Assembly: GCA_002269645.1 (NCBI GenBank)
Contig: NIVC01000990.1
Coordinates: 248,001-312,000 of the forward strand
Source: Macrostomum lignano
Lineage: Eukaryota
DNA: 64,000 bases
Direction of reading: 5' to 3'
Shown here piece by piece: positions 62,955 to 64,000 of this stretch; position 1 is the first letter of the stretch, and each line of letters begins with the position of its first letter. The translations under genes and the position numbers were made by a program. The notes below the pieces were generated by a model that did not search any database, was not told the origin of the DNA, and saw only the letters and a list, made by a program, of their open reading frames with translations.

Positions 62955-64000
62955 AAAGTACAAATTAGTAGAAGCCCGAAGCCGCGCGCTATGAAACTCG
63001 CTTTGGACGCGGCAGATATGCACAAGGCTGCCTGATTTTGGCCTATATATGTGCGCGCGTGCGAGCTGTTCTTGCGGTTAAGGCGCTTCTGTTAGGCTGG
63101 GCTTCGGGTTGGGGTGGGAGCCTGAGCCGGAGAGGTTGGGGCTGGCTTTTGGGGAGACGAGAGCCAAGAAGACAGAGAGGGCAGGGCATTAGTCGGTGGG
63201 AGAGACAGCTGCCGTTGGACCTTCCTTTTTCTTCTTATCGGAGAACGGAGGCTGGAGAGGCGAGATGGCGAACTTGCTGGCTAGCTTGAGGAGGAGAGGT
63301 TGGCAGGGAATCGCCAAGGCAAAAACTAAAGGATGCAAATGCAGGAAAGGGAGAGAAATATACGGTCAGAGAGCCGTTGTAAGAGCTTAACGCCGCTTTT
63401 AACTAATGCGCCTAGTCCGCACTAGATGTCGCTTGCAGCAGGGAGGGGTTGCGTCGTTCCGGAGGAGAGAAATAGGCCAAAATAAGGCAAGGGAAACTGC
63501 GCCGTGTACTGAGCGACTGACGGGTTAGGAAGAGAACTGGCGAGTGTAAGAGATGTTGCAGCACAAGCGCTTTGCTGGGCTTTCCAGGCTGTATTTCAGT
63601 TCGCTCGCAAGTTTAGGTCATAAGGGCTGAGGGGCCGTGCGCGCACATGTGGGTGCTTCCTCAATTTCCTCTCCTCTTTGCAGTTCATTCCTATCCCCGC
63701 GGGGGGTCGGCCAGATTGGACGGGTAAACCCCCCCCCTGGCGGAGGAGGGGTGGCTGCCCATGTACATTGAGTCCTGGACATTCTCCGCCTCTCCATTCA
63801 TTACCTAAACCCCACCCTTTCCCCCTGGACTGAACTGGCCGTATGTTTGGCTAACCCCCAATGGCCTTAGCCTTAGTCAGTGTTTATTGCCCATATACAG
63901 TAATTCTGGCTTGGCTGGGGAGGGGGGCCGGCTGAGGAAAACCCAGCTTTTGGGGAGAATCGGAGAAGGGGAACTGAAGGGGAGCTGAAGAGGTCACTTG

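Overview
Eukaryotic, intron-rich animal genomic DNA saturated with tandem repeats; no bacterial features and no CRISPR. GC-rich codons, poly-Q/G tracts and minisatellite-filled introns suggest a Macrostomum-like flatworm (inference only). Most long entries in the ORF track are artefacts of stop-free repeats. (1) A complete minus-strand Dscam-type receptor gene was reconstructed by hand: 21 coding exons from 62753 down to 26155, all GT-AG and phase-consistent, 7347 nt, 2448 aa. Architecture: signal peptide, 9 Ig, 4 FN3, Ig, 2 FN3, TM, Tyr-rich tail ending in VTFV*. The signal-peptide exon (62648-62753) is absent from the ORF track. (2) A two-exon plus-strand gene encodes a secreted PAN/Apple-like + fibrinogen-related protein (18861-20151), convergent with Dscam. 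(3) Between the two genes lies a 3.33-kb hAT-like DNA transposon (22287-25619) with perfect 13-bp TIRs, a 5-bp TSD (hAT5-like) and a transposase split by one frameshift. (4) Also present: tRNA-derived SINEs of two families, a TTAA-bounded piggyBac remnant, two degenerate MITEs and about 40 tandem arrays. The most unusual pattern is that 16 of 20 Dscam introns carry their own tandem array, often hairpin-cored and abutting splice sites. Several arrays are mutually complementary across phase-symmetric exon blocks, which suggests a testable repeat-guided RNA-structure route to isoform or circRNA diversity in a Dscam that has no duplicated alternative exons.
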